64,000 nucleotides of DNA, taken from the NCBI RefSeq assembly GCF_009914755.1, contig NC_060935.1; one strand, written 5' to 3'. The notes beneath the pieces were generated by a model, which ran no database searches, was not told where the DNA came from, and saw only the letters and a list, made by a program, of their open reading frames with translations. Of this stretch, positions 26,324-43,739 are shown piece after piece (positions within the stretch are counted from its first letter, which is position 1; each line of letters starts with the position of its first letter). The stretch comes from the human T2T-CHM13v2.0 reference genome, Homo sapiens. A program made the position numbers and the translations under genes.

Positions 26324-26905
26324 GTCATTCCTAAGTGAACAGAATAGCTAGCATTTTGTTAAATCCATTACAGAGAAACAAATAATTTATCAAGATACTT
26401 AATCAAGACATATCTGAAAGTTAATTTGGAGCACTTGAAAATGTCAGATTTAGAGCAATTTGCAAAAACAAATATAAATAACAATGCTTATAACCCTTCA
26501 CAGTTGATACGGGCCAAGAATAGTGAGAGATCTAGCAAAGCATCCACACACATTGAAAGGAGAGGACATTAGAAAAGGTAAAAGCACTTGCTAAAAATAT
26601 ATTAATTTATAACAAAAAAGAAATAAATTACAGGCTTCTACCTGTATAGATTGTATGTATGTGCCCCCAAATTAATGTATTCAAATAGGCACCTTATATT
26701 TTTAACCAATTTAAATTGAATTCAACTAACTTGACTAATGTAAAAAAGGAAATCTAAGTTCAACCCAAATTATTAGTGTGAAACAAATTCTTTGTTGTAA
26801 GAGTCAGTTGAATTGTGATATGGTGACTTCCCTAACCTTGACAATGTTTAACCAGCAACTGGCTAACTGTAGCTGGGTCTCTTATATACGTATAGCGGTT
26901 TTGGC

Positions 26906-27079
26906 AGATAGCGGGGTTCAGGGGACAATGTATTGTGTGACATATGTAGGTACTTGATAAATGGTAGCAATGGAAAACATTTGAGGCTCACGTTTATAAC
27001 TATGTAAATTAAGTGACTTACAGATTTATGTTCTATCTACGCACAAATCTTTCCCTTCTAATTTACATTCTTAAGCAAT
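26906..27079 (+). repeat. Copy A (likely donor) of a ~174-bp non-tandem direct duplication (partner 29237-29409)
   Basis: Direct comparison gives ~8 substitutions plus one indel (~95%). Confidence 0.95.
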
Positions 27080-27251
27080 TAATATTACACTTTTAAAAAG
27101 TTTTATTTTAGGCTATTTTATTGAATTAAAAGCTGCCTTTAATTTTGTACTGCATAAAAAATACACACACACAAGCATTTATTAGACAAAAAATGAACTG
27201 ATTCAACTGCTTGATGAATTTTTAAAGCGAAAATATATGAAAAGTAATCTT

Positions 27252-27569
<318 letters not shown>

Positions 27570-28052
27570 TCATAAGGTAACTAACAAGAAAGAAAACGAA
27601 TACTTTAATGGAAGGGAATAGCAGTAATAAATCTTGAAAAGTTGAAAAGCTTGCTGAAAATTGTAGAAAACTCACTCAAACAAAATAAAGTTTTCAACAA
27701 TTACATCAACAGAGTGCATTTAAGCTCAAGGAAAAATCGTAGATCTATGCACATTCATGATGAGAATGACCTCTGAGGTCACACTGTGCATATTTTAGCT
27801 ACTGAAGACTGTGGTCTGCTTTGCTTCACAATTTATTTTACCCTTCTGGTTTACCATGTTAGGTGGTATAAATAGACAGAAAAGAATGGCCTTCAGAGAT
27901 CACAATACCTGGCTTAGCACCACTAAGGCTGACTCTGTAAAGAGCCCACATAAATTGTCAACAAATCTTCGATTGGTTGCAGAAAAGTCACAGACAGTGT
28001 AATCAGAGATGTCCTATTGTCTTCATAAATAAGAACAATTTTTTTACCAGGG

Positions 28053-28368
<316 letters not shown>

Positions 28369-28999
28369 TAAAAAGCCTAGAAAAGAATGTTTGCTAAGCC
28401 AAGGGAAATTCTTAATTTTGGCAAAATAAATGGAAACAGAGAAATGTACACCAAGCTCCAGCACTTCTTTACTTCTTCCCTAGTCTTTAGTTTTATACAC
28501 ACACACACACACACCACACACACACACGTGTGTATATTAGTTTTTTTTTATTTTTCTGGACAAGATTAGACTTCATTAAGTGTCTTCCAATAACAATCAT
28601 TGTCTCAATATCAGCAGTGTAACTTTCCCATAGGAAGATCTTGCTACTCCACTTCTCCAACATCCCCTTTGATCCCCTGAATGAATTGTTGTACTGTCCT
28701 CTTAACAATACAGGATATGTAATGGAATGAGTTAGCTCAAGTCTCAGCTCCTTCACTTACTTTGGTGTAACCTTGAGTCATTTAGTGTCTCTAGTCCTCA
28801 GTTCCCCTAGTATCCTCCATACATATATGTAATAGTAATACACTTATTAGAAATGTAATTAACTACATGTAACAACAACGACCACAATTACTGATTTAAA
28901 CAGGGGTCAGTTTTTTGACTAAAAATCCTGAAGCCACGCATCACTGTTGTTGATTGAACTTCTTTTTGACGAAAGCATAAACCCAAACTGTTTTTGTGT

Positions 29000-29570
29000 T
29001 CCTACCATATCATTCTTACAGTGCTATATTTTATCCTGGTATTTGTTATTTCAAAGTCATCAAATGGCTTCTGCCAGTCCACATTTATTATTACAGGGCT
29101 CACGGTAAAGAGCAGAGGAGGAAAGATGCTTTCAGATTAGTCTTTTTATGTTTCCATTTGTTAGGAAAGCAGAAGCATTTTCAGATTCTTCCCACCACCC
29201 AGAAGATTCCCTCTCAGTTAATACTGCCCAGGATTTAGACAGCGGGGCTCAGGGGACAATGTATTGTGTGACATGGTAGGTACTTGATAAAGGGTAGCAA
29301 TGGAAAACATTTGAGGCTCACTTTTATAACTATGTAAATTAAGTGACTTACAGATTTATGTTCTGTCTACGCACAAACCTTTCCCTTCTAATTTACATTT
29401 TTAAGCAATGTAAATTAAAATGTAAGGTAAACCTCTGGCTTTAAGGAAGGCACATACATCCCAGAACATGACTGTCTTGATTGGCTTTGACCAATCATAA
29501 ACCATCAGAAGATTGGGCATATTGGAAGAAGGAAAAAAATGCGCAGGTTAGTAGCAGTATATGTGACTTC
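29000..29570 (-). mobile_element. Old MLT1 (K/L-like) LTR remnant interrupted by duplicated copy B
   Basis: CCCAGAAGATTCCCTCTCAG..TGCCCAGGATT, resuming later with TGATTGGCTTTGACCAATCAT; resembles reverse MLT1K/L. Confidence 0.45.
29237..29409 (+). repeat. Copy B of the ~174-bp duplication
   Basis: AGACAGCGGGGCTCAGGGGACAATG...TTAAGCAAT matches 26906-27079. Confidence 0.95.
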
Positions 29571-31063
29571 TTTATAGACTCTGTAGAGCTGGTACGAGGA
29601 TTCAGTAAGAAAGTATATAAATGTTATTCCAAAATAAATGATGAATAAATATTAGTCCCATAATATTACCTAGAGTTGTGTGCTTGTCTTGTTCTAACAT
29701 ACATTAGGGTATATTAATTGCTATCTAAGGAAGCAATTTATATTTAATTGACCCACACATGTCACACACAACCTAAAATAGTGAACCTGGAAGCAATATA
29801 TTGGAAATTAGTACATTTACACTTATGCCTTTAACTTCAGTGGTTAAAAGTGTATATTGCTGTATGTTGACATTTGTTTGAAAATGCTCAAATTAGACTG
29901 TAAGCTTTGTGAAGCCTAGTACTATAGGAGTTCTTTTTTTGAATTAATATCCCAGCATATCAATCTTTAGGTATTATTTGAATGAAAATATTAAGTATCT
30001 GGCCATTCATGTGATAAGAACAATTACTAAAGGATCCTTGGCATGACTAGATTTTTAAAATCTGTAAATACACATAGCATTTTGTTTCTTGCTTTGCTAA
30101 TATTGCACCGGACTTTCTGTTCTCTACCTCCAATATCATCTTCACATGACCTTTCTGAGTTATTTTAAGAAAACACAATAATCCTTTATCTGACACAGAT
30201 GGAAAGTAAGGAACTAAAATTAACCAGGACTTTTTTTATATCTTCAGGAAGATAAATATTACCACTATTGTGAAATATTTGTATCAAGGAATAAATTCCA
30301 GTAGCAAGAAATAAGCAAAAACATAACTTCTCTGAAATCAAAATTATTAAAAGTGTCTAATTTGAAAAATATAAATGACAAGCAACAAAATATATCAAAT
30401 TACTTATAGAAAATGTGTCATTATGTGCGTTTCCTAAAGTCCATTTCACTGAAGACAATCGAGATTTACTTCATGATAGACTCAAAATGTATTCTATTAA
30501 ATTAACCCTGGGAAAACATGGTTGGGACAACATCAAAAATGTTTTGTTTGTTTTGTGTGTTTGTTTCTTCCCATACTTCCTAGAACCTTTAGTATATTAA
30601 TATACTGTGAATTTCCAAGAGGAAAAAATGCATACAGTGTCTCCCTAACTTAATCTGTCAAAGAACCCCTATAAAAGCAAATATTGAACAGAAGAAGTAT
30701 TTAGGGAAACACATTTTGAAGAACACTGGTTAAGTAACTCTGTTCAGAAATACTACAGCCTGGAAAACATTGCTCATATTATAGAACACAAAGGGGTCCT
30801 CTTTCAGAGGATGCATAGCATCCAAGTAAACTCTTAGTTTAGGGTGTGGGGGTGGACAGTGGTTTGTATTTACAGGTCAAAATTCATTTAGAAAGTTATT
30901 TTTATGTCAATAAGAATTATTTTAAAAACCTCTTGCCACAATTTATAGCAACGTTGTAATTCAATGCAAAGAGAATAGAATGTACAGTTTAAGAATGCAC
31001 CTTAGCATCAAACAAACAGCTAAAGAGAGAAATTAGCCTGGATTTATTAGAATGTACTGGAGA

Positions 31064-31357
31064 AGCCGGGCGCAGTGGCTCACGCCTGTAATCTCAACAC
31101 TTTGGGAGGCTGAGGCGGGTGGATCCGAGGTCAGGAGATCGAGACCATCCTGGCTAACTCGGTGAAACCCCGTCTCTACTAAAAATACAAAAAAAAAATT
31201 AGCCGGGCGTAGTGGCGGGTGCCTGTAGTCCCAGCTACTCGGGAGGCTGAGGCAGGAGAATGGCGTGAACCCGGGACACGGAGCTTGCAGTGAGTCGAGA
31301 CTGCCACTGCACTCCAGCCGGGGCAACAGAGCCAGACTCCGATTCAAAAAAAACAAA
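31064..31357 (+). mobile_element. AluY SINE
   Basis: CTGGCTAAC, GAATGGCGTGAACCCGGG and GAGCTTGCAG AluY diagnostics; TSD AGAATGTACTGGAGA / AGACTGTATTGGAGA. Confidence 0.95.
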
Positions 31358-31606
31358 AGACTGTATTGGAGAGAAATATCAATCTTAGAACTATCATAGA
31401 AACCTATTATATTTACAGATAATGAAGCATAAGATACTTACAGGTTCCTGAGAATATGTGGACTCTAGGAAAGCCCTATTTCAACAGAATATGAAAGAAT
31501 AAACATATAAATAAGAAAAGAAATACCAAAGTCTAGACTCACAAAGAGAATTTCAGATCAGACAATTCTCCATCTACACTACACATTAAAAAATTATACT
31601 GAGAAA

Positions 31607-32165
31607 TCTAGAACTAGAAATACCATTTGACCCAGCCATCCCATTACTGGGTATATACCCAAAGGATTATAAATCATGCTGCTATAAAGACACATGCACA
31701 CGTATGTTTATTGTGGCACTATTCACAACAGCAAAGACTTGGAACCAACCCAAATGGCCAACAACGATAGACTGGATTAAGAAAATGTGGCACATATACA
31801 CCATGGAATACTATGCAGCCATAGAAATGAACAGTTCATGCCCTTTGTAGGGACATGGATGAAACTGGAAACCATCATTCTCAGAAAACTATCGCAGGGA
31901 CAAAAAAGCAAACACTGCACGTTCTCACTGATAGGTGGGAATTGAACAATAACACATGGACACAGGAGGGGGAACATCACTCTCCAGGGACTGTTGTGGG
32001 GTGGGGGGAGGGGGAAGGGATAGCATTAGGAGATATACCTAATGCTAAATGACGAGTTAATGGGTGCAGCACACCAACATGGCACATGTATACATATGTA
32101 ACAAACCTGCACATTGTGCACATGTACCCTAAAACTTAAAGTATAATAATAATAAAAGAAAAGAA
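31607..32165 (+). mobile_element. 5'-truncated L1PA3/4 3' end
   Basis: ORF2 end plus 3' UTR (CTAATGCTAAATGACGAG...CCCTAAAACTTAAAGTATAATAAT) and A-tail; 19-bp TSD AAAAAATTATACTGAGAAA (31588, 32166). Confidence 0.95.
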
Positions 32166-32415
32166 AAAAAATTATACTGAGAAAAGAATTAAAAGGTATT
32201 GCATTTCAGTTAACTTACATAATTTTAAAATTGTGGTAAGACACACCTAACAAAAAGCTACCATTTTAATCAATTTTTAAATGTAATACAGGAAAAATGC
32301 AAGAATTTATTTCAGTTGTCACCCATTCTTATTATTTTCCTTTTATTTATTACATATACACACATTATAATCCCAACAATATAATTAAGAAAATTATTAA
32401 GAGTAAATAAAGGTG

Positions 32416-33642
<1,227 letters not shown>

Positions 33643-35967
33643 GCACAAATGAGGTTATATGTGAATATTAAATTTGAGCTTTCACAGAAGGTAAATTATC
33701 TGCTGTGCTAGAATTTGATATAGGAGACCTTCTGTTTCTGCTGTCAGTCAGCACCTCCCACAGCTGGGCAGCACATAACACACCCCTGTGAGGCAGCCTA
33801 CACAACATTGTAAGAAGTCTGTACCAGGACTTCACGCTCATTGGTTCATTAGCTAGAATAACTTCTGACTTCTAATGCTGTCTCTGCTAGAACACACTGG
33901 GTTGAATTGTATTTACTTGACCCACTGTGACACAGGCAGTAGTTAAACATCTGCCAGAACACTTTTCACTGGAAAATTTTTCCATTTTTGGAATCTACAC
34001 ATTTTTATATGTTCTTACAATATTGTCAAGGTGATGAGTACTTCTTTCAATCAAAAATATTTTTTAAATTAAAATCTTAGGAAAACGTATCACTTATTTA
34101 TAGAGGTAAAATATTCAACATAAATAAAGGAAGTAAAAAATATAAAAATAATTAGAAAACACCTAGCTGTAATTTTTACCAATTCTTTTGAATCATGCAT
34201 TATCATGCTGTGTTACTGACATAATTCCTAGCATTTCTGAATGATGATTAAAAAGCCAATTCATATTGAAATACTATTCTTCCTTCTGGAAAACACAATA
34301 ATAAGAAAATATTGTTTTTATATTCAGGTAAAATGGAAATTTAAACTATCTTTTTTTATTAGAACTTCAATAATCTCATTTAAATCATAAAATAAGTGAT
34401 GATAAAATAAATGTAATACATCTTGTAAGAGACAGTTCTGTTTTGTGACCTTGCTTTCCAAATCAGTAACAGCTTGAGCAATGTAAGATGATTAAATACT
34501 GTGTCCTAGAAGATACAAAACACTATATTGACTGTTGGACTTTGAGCCATTTTGGAATAGCCCCAATAATATAATTAGTAAGAAGTATATATTAATAAAA
34601 TGTATATATTAGCTGTGACTAATATACTTTAAATATACTTTAATTAATAAGTATATGAAAGCTAAACCAACTTGCTTCAAACCACCCTGGTACATGATTA
34701 AAATTTTGGTTTTCCAATTCCACAGTCCATGGTTTTCCCACTCTGCCTTGCTCCCTAAGAGAAACTCACAGCATCCCTTCAATCTGCAATGACTCATTAG
34801 GTGGATACGTTTTCAAATGAGATGACATTTTTCACTCAATGTAAACTTCCAAGAATTGTTCCAAGTGACAGTTCCACATACAAGAAAGTAAGTTGCTATG
34901 AACACAGCTGTGTTCTGGCTTAGAAGGATACAAAGAAATAACCAAAGTATGAACTCTAGAGATTAAATATCAAAGCTAAACTTGGAGGGGAGAAGATAAT
35001 TGCTGTCTTTTTAGAGGCTTTACTGCAGTGAGTTCACTGCATTTGAGAGTCTGTCTCATAGTCTTTCAAATTTTGTCAATATGCCTGGCGGTGGGTAAAT
35101 CAACATTGACCAAGACTCTGAAAATATGTTCAACTCTATCCAACCCTCAAAGGAAACGTCTTTGAAATATTAAACGTACTTACATCAAACTCCCCTCAGC
35201 TATTCACATTAGAACTTTAAATCAGAGTGAGAAAAATGCAATAGATATAGATTTTACACTATAATTCATCAATGCCCACTCCTTAACAGAGAAAGATATT
35301 TTTCAGTTTACTGAAAATGTCTGGATAGCTAAACTAGGCTCTTAAATTTTTGCTTTGCATTGATGCTTTATGTATTGGAGATTAAAAAAAATTGTGGAAC
35401 TCTTGAAAGGTTAGTTATATATAATTTTATTTTAGAAAAGCCTCAACATAGCCAACAAATATAAATAATTATTACTAAATAATTGTAGAGAAAACAACCA
35501 CAATCATTGAAGATCTAGGCAGATGATCACAAAATAAATTTTGAAGTGAAAAATCAGAAAGCATATACCTCTAAAAACATTTGGTTGGGAATTTAACACA
35601 GAAGGAATCCAAAGAGCAAAACCACCAAATCGCAATTAATTTTGTACAAAATGTTAATGACCCAATTAGTTAAATGCAGAAACAATTTGGGTATTATTTT
35701 CTGACTTCAAAATCAAGGAGTCAGTCATCAAACTCTTGCTGGGTGACAGGCTGTTTCTGGCAAGACAGCAAAAAGCTACGGGCATAGCATTTCATCACAA
35801 CCATCATTAAACCACAAACATGCTAAACAGAGAAATATTCCAGCTCAAAGGCTTTTACTTTATAGGGATAGGGGAGGGAAAGAGAAAGAAATACTAATTT
35901 TAAACACCTAACTTGAACTAAGCAATATATTTGATACTTTATTAACTCATTCTTTATGTTGGATATA

Positions 35968-36620
35968 AAATTGCTGTATTGACACATAGTATTTTACATC
36001 TTTATGAGGTACATGTGAGTATTTGTTCCATAGAATGCGTAATGATCACTCCAAAGTATTTGGGCTACCCATCCCTCACCTTGAGTATTCATTATTTTTA
36101 TGTGTTGGGAATACTTCAAGGTCTCTTTTCTACCTACTTTTAAATATACAATACATCATTTTCAACTATAGTCACCTTACTATGCTATGGGACATTAGAA
36201 CTTACGACTTTTATCTAACTGTATGTTGATACCCACGGACCAACCTCTGTCTCATTCTCAAAGGAAAATAAATCAGTGCATCAAATAGATACCTGCATTC
36301 ACATGTTTACTGCAGCACTATACACAATGGCAAAGATATGCATTCAACCTAAATGTCCATTAATTGATAAACGGATAAAGAAAATGTGGCATAAATATAT
36401 ATATACACACACAAAACAGAATACTACTTAGCCATAAAAATTATGAAATGAAATTATGACACTTGCAACATGAATGGAACTGGAGGTCATTATGTTAAGT
36501 GAAATAGCAAGGCACAGAAAGTAAAATATTCCATGTTCTCACTAATATGTGGAAGCTGAAAAGTTGATCTCAAGGAAATAGAGAGTAAAATGATAGACAC
36601 CAAAGACTGAGAAGGGTTTG
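35968..36620 (-). mobile_element. L1MA4-like 3' end with 5' inversion (minus ~35968-36250, plus ~36255-36620)
   Basis: Reverse 3' UTR joined to a forward upstream segment that ends just before the reverse part begins; candidate TSD TGGATATA (35960, 36621). Confidence 0.7.
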
Positions 36621-38379
36621 TGGATATATACATTTTAATGCAAGGAAAACCTACATCACACTTATTCTATGAAATGAGATGTATTTAAGCATATGAGTAT
36701 TTTATTCAGCAAGGCTATATGAAAATCTACAGAATCAGCTGTGAAATGTTAGACTTTTATTCTGAAATATTGTTTTAGGTATCAGCTAAAATACTAATTC
36801 ACTAGAAAAACTGCGATTTTAGAAGTCAATTAGAAGTATCAAAAAACGGAGAGGGAGAGTACTTCCGTATCAGAAAGTCTCAAAACTTTCTCTGAGGTAT
36901 GAATCCAAATGATCATTCGCAGCAACTTAATTTTTAATAGACTGTATAGAATAGACCTTTTCCTCTAATTTATCTGTTTTGCTGGATCCTACTAGTAAAA
37001 GAAGGACGTGCTGATCTTTAAACTCCTTTTTAAAATACTAGATGTATATAGTTCTATTAACCATGGATCTATTTTATGATTTCTTCTATATTGAGATATA
37101 AATTGTTATCTCTGATTTCTTTGGCAATAAAACATTTCCAAAAGGAAAGCACAGTCTATAAAATTCAAATAATTCTCTTATGGTTGTCTTTAGACAGAAT
37201 AAATTCACACAAATGGTATTTTTTTAATACATTAGTGAGTTCAAATGTATCGATTTTATCTATGTGAGAAGTTAGGAAATAAATCAATGCATTATAAACC
37301 AAATAATATCAAGTTTATTTTTCTCTTTTCTGATTTTTACAGTTTAGCAGTGAGCTATTTGTTTTAAGTATAATAGTGAACTTCTATCCTTTAGTGTACT
37401 CTTTATTAGATGGACGAAAGGAGCCTTTTTATCCAATGTGATTAGGAAGAGTAATGAGTCAGTTAACAGGTAAAGTTAGTTAAAATGAAGGACCACTAAA
37501 CATAATACAAATATTGTGTACACGTTTTAATTTAAAATATATAAGCTTTTATGTGATGCATATTTAAATTCAGATGATAACTTTTCTTAGGTTGACAAAC
37601 TGAAGGCCTATCTCATCTTTTATTGCACAAACTACATATATTATGCATCAAAGTTTCTTTTACATAGACAAGAATTTTAAAACATTTAAGAAACAATTGG
37701 AGTGCAAACTATTACTACACTGTTACAATTTTTCCCCAATTTTGTATGGTTACTCCCCACAACAAATCAGAAGCAATTATTTTTACTAATTTACTTTCAT
37801 CTGTCCTTCTAGCCCTCATATAAATAAATTTCTCTTGGTTATAATTATGCACATATTTAAATGAATATTTACTTATATACTGACTTAATTGAATTATGTT
37901 ACAATAACAAGCACAAGTGGAATCATTATTTTTAGGAATGGCCAATTTATTTTTAATAAATGAGCACAGAACCCCATGGATATCTTAGAATGTAAATTAC
38001 TAGCCTAGAATGCCTGGTTTATACGAGTTAGAGACGGAATAGAGCTCATTGGTAAATTGTGTGTATCAGTTAAGTGTACAACAGCTAAAAGAATCTGTAC
38101 TTTTTTTAAATTTTTGAGTGTTAAAAAAATACATGATGTCTTAAAACAATAAGATTTTACAATGAAGTAAGGACTTAATATGAATAACTCTGGGTCCGTA
38201 CCACATCCTCAATCCTTTGCATCATATTCATAGAAAAATAAACAAATACATGCTAGCTTTGCTGTCAGTTTTCTTAGAGTGTTTTTATAATTTTGATATT
38301 TTAATAACAATACAAATGTATCATCATATTTATATAAAGAAAAATTCACATCAGAAATATGTTGGGAACACTATAGGAC

Positions 38380-38521
38380 ATACTAAGAGCTGACTCTTCA
38401 GCATCATCCTAGATCTACTAAAGCAGAATCTCTGATATTAAAGGTCCTGAATGTGCTTTTAATTTTATTAACAAGCCATCTCAGGGGATTTTGTTGCATA
38501 TTTCGGTTTGAGATCCACTGC
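38380..38521. mobile_element. MER5B-like fragment
   Basis: CTACTAAAGCAGAATCTCTG...TTAACAAGCCATCTCAGGGGATT...TTTGAGATCCACTG. Confidence 0.55.
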
Positions 38522-39027
38522 ATTAAGGAATTAGGGTAAAAAGCCTATGATTTCTAATCTTAATATGCAACTTTAGACGCGTTTCTAGTTTGAACTTTAT
38601 CTGCATGACTACATTTTTGAAAGTCTTAACTTTATAGTACAAATAATCATTTTCAGTCCAAATAATTAATTTTGCACATATAGATATAAAAGAGTAAAAA
38701 ATTAGAGACATGTCTGAGCACTGCCATAAGGAAAATTAGCCTTCTCTATGTCTAAAGACAATATAATTCTACAGAATAACTCCATTTACTTAAGTCTCGC
38801 CATATACTGCTTTACGTCTTCTAAAATAGTTCATGATCCTTCTCTGCCTGATAAGCCTAATTCAGCTTTTAAGATTCGGTTCAAACTACTATCCTCACTT
38901 GTGAAAGCTTCTTTATGCTCAAGTATTCTTTCCAGGATGATCTCATATCACTTTATATAAAGTTTTGCAATAATAACTACCCTTTTCATACCAACTTCTG
39001 TCAAAACATTTTTCAACACATATTTTT

Positions 39028-40574
<1,547 letters not shown>

Positions 40575-41020
40575 CACATATTTTTCAATGTGTTGCCTAG
40601 AAATAAATATCACCTTTGGTGACTACCAAAGATACTAACCTATAGTGCATGAGCAAGAACTGGTTCTTTTTACCATACAAGGGATGTTTAGTCACAAATT
40701 AGCATTAGGTTTGAAACCATTTTTGAGTTTTATATAAGGTCATGTTCCCTAGCAGAAAGAGAAGTTCCTATAACTCGCATTTAATTAGTTACTTTTCTGC
40801 CTTCTCTAAACCACTATGTAAGTCTTTCAGTTTTCCTTAACTATTAGGAAAATCTTTCACACAAAACCAAGATGATAAGAAAAGTGCAGCATTAGTCATA
40901 TGCTCATATTAAAACACAAATAGAATAAATGTCCTAAATTTTAAAGGAGAGAAAACCCAATGGCCCATCAAATGAGAAAAGAAAAAAAAAAGAAAAAAAA
41001 ACCATGAAACATGGCATTAA

Positions 41021-41353
<333 letters not shown>

Positions 41354-43356
41354 TCATAGAAGCTGTGAAACATAAATAATTGTTATATGTGTCCCCTGAA
41401 TTTCTCATAAATTGAATTCATTTTATATATCCAAAATTCTTTGATTATATTATGATTAAATAATTTATATTTCTTGGAAAAGGGGAGTAAAATGAGACAA
41501 AAAGGAGTTAAATAACTTATGTAATAAATAATAAATGCTGCAGTTCAACACAGGTTTCATGTTTCCAGAATCTATACAGTTCTCCCCATGTTATGCCATA
41601 TGTAACTGGTGTAAATGGTACAAATCCATACTTGTGTGCCTCTCCTGTGTAAGATATTTTAAGATAAGTAACAAGTATCTGGTGAAATACAAACACTGCC
41701 TCATAGCAAAAGGGAGGGAAGAGAGTTTGGAGGTGGGGAGAGAACTAGATAGAATAGAAGGGTGCCCAAAACCTAACTACCTGATAGGGCCAGAAAAATG
41801 GATGATTAATACTGTTTCTAAATAAATAACTAGTATAAAACAGGGAAGAAGAATTTGCCACCACACAGACCTCTGTTCAAGTCATGTATTTTTAAGTTCC
41901 TGGAGATCGAAGAAACATAATCACCTTTAAAATACACTTTTCTAACTTTCAAGAGAATTGTCACTCCCTTTTAGAGTGGGGAAGATTTATTTATAATTTA
42001 CATAACACACATGACACATTCATTTAAAAAATGTTTCCTCCTTTAAAGTTTTTGTCATTGCAATAGTTTCACAAGGTAAACCAAAAAGCTGTCTTAAAAA
42101 GAACTCAATTGTCATTAACATTCAACAATGTTAACATGGGTATCAAACGCAGAATGCAAAAAGTGGTCCAATCTCTTAAACCACACTTCTTCATATGTCC
42201 AAAGCAGGAAAGAAATAGTATTTTACTTCAGTGTCAATTTATTCTAAATGGAACAAGCAGGTAATTATTATTTACATTTATGCAGCTATAGAATAAAATT
42301 TAGACCTAAAACAAACCTTTGAGTCAATGTCCTACTTGATATAGATGACCGTATTGAAATCCAGAAATGTTAATTTACTTCTCAAAAGTCTTACTGCTAA
42401 TTAGTGATAAAGCTAAGATTTGACTTTGTTTCCTAACAAGAGTGTACACCAGAAGAATAGAAATTTTTGGAGTAAAACTAACAGCACCAGAAGAGGAAGG
42501 ATAATGATACATAAACAAAATGATAAAGCAAGTATGGATTAAAACAAAAACCTCTTTACAATATGGAAATTTCTAGAGTAGACTAAGAATGCCCATTTGC
42601 TCCAAGGGAATTCATAAATGTCTGTAGTTGCGACTCAATCACTTTATCTATAGTAATAATTAATAATATGTACTTTCCCATTAAAGGGGACTTATCTCTA
42701 CGGAAATTTTAAAAAGGGATTAGGAAGGAAATTATGCAAACTAAATCTACCTTAAAATCTATAAATATATTTTAGTTATGCATTATTCTTTTTATCACTT
42801 GGAAATAAATTGTTGCATTCACTTAGTTAAAATTTTTGAGCACTGGGAGAATAAAAACAAATCTTCTGATTCTGATTTAAATAAAACACATATTGTTTGC
42901 TTACTGGAAAAACATAAATCATTAATATATTTATTAGACATATAAATGTTATTGTTTGAAATACAAGATATCATTTTCACATCAATTTGATGGGAAAATA
43001 TTCAAGTTGGATATCATCAATGGTCCCTAGCTAATGTCAGGTTTGCCTTTCACCAGAGCTTTTCTTGACTCCATTTGATATTTAATAGTTTATGGGATAT
43101 AAGCAACAGGGCAAAGAGACTTTTAGAAGATCTAGCATCTTGTTGAAGAAGAACAAACTGATGTAATTATTATTAATAAACTATTTAACATTCACAGAGG
43201 TCTTCTGAAGAATAATAAAAGTAAAAATATTTATATAAAGCATCCAATTTGAATATATTTTCACAAAGGGGACCTGAATATTCTTTTCATGAGAAAAATA
43301 AGAATAAATGATAATAAATAAAATAATAGCAGAATAAAATAAGGCACATAAGTAAA

Positions 43357-43739
43357 TAATATGGTTTGGCTGTGCCCCGACCCAAATCTCATCATGAATT
43401 GTAGTTCCTGTAGTCCCTGCATGTTATGGGAGGGACCAGGTGGAGATCATTGTATCAGGAGTACAGCTTCCCCATCCCGCTCTCATGATAGTGAGTTAAT
43501 TTTCACAAGATCTGATGGTTTTATAAGGGGCTTCCCCCTTTGCTGGGCTCTCATTCCTCTTCTTCTTGCCACTGTGTGAAGAAGGAACTGTTTGCTTCCT
43601 CTTTCCCTTCCGCCATGATTGTAAGTTTCATGAAGCCTCCCCAACCATGCTGAATTGTGAGTCAATTTAACCTCCTTTCTTTATAAATTACCCAGTCTCA
43701 GGTATGTCTTTATTAGCAGCATGAGAACTGACAAATACA
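43357..43739 (+). mobile_element. THE1C-like solo LTR
   Basis: TAATATGGTTTGGCTGTG...GACAAATACA; 5-bp TSD GTAAA (43352, 43740). Confidence 0.9.

Noticed and set aside
37315-37476. Possible 128-bp exon (polypyrimidine-TTACAG acceptor at 37341, CAG|GTAAAG donor at 37469)
   Set aside because: Splice-like motifs are common in AT-rich DNA; no partner exon or coding signal; needs RNA evidence
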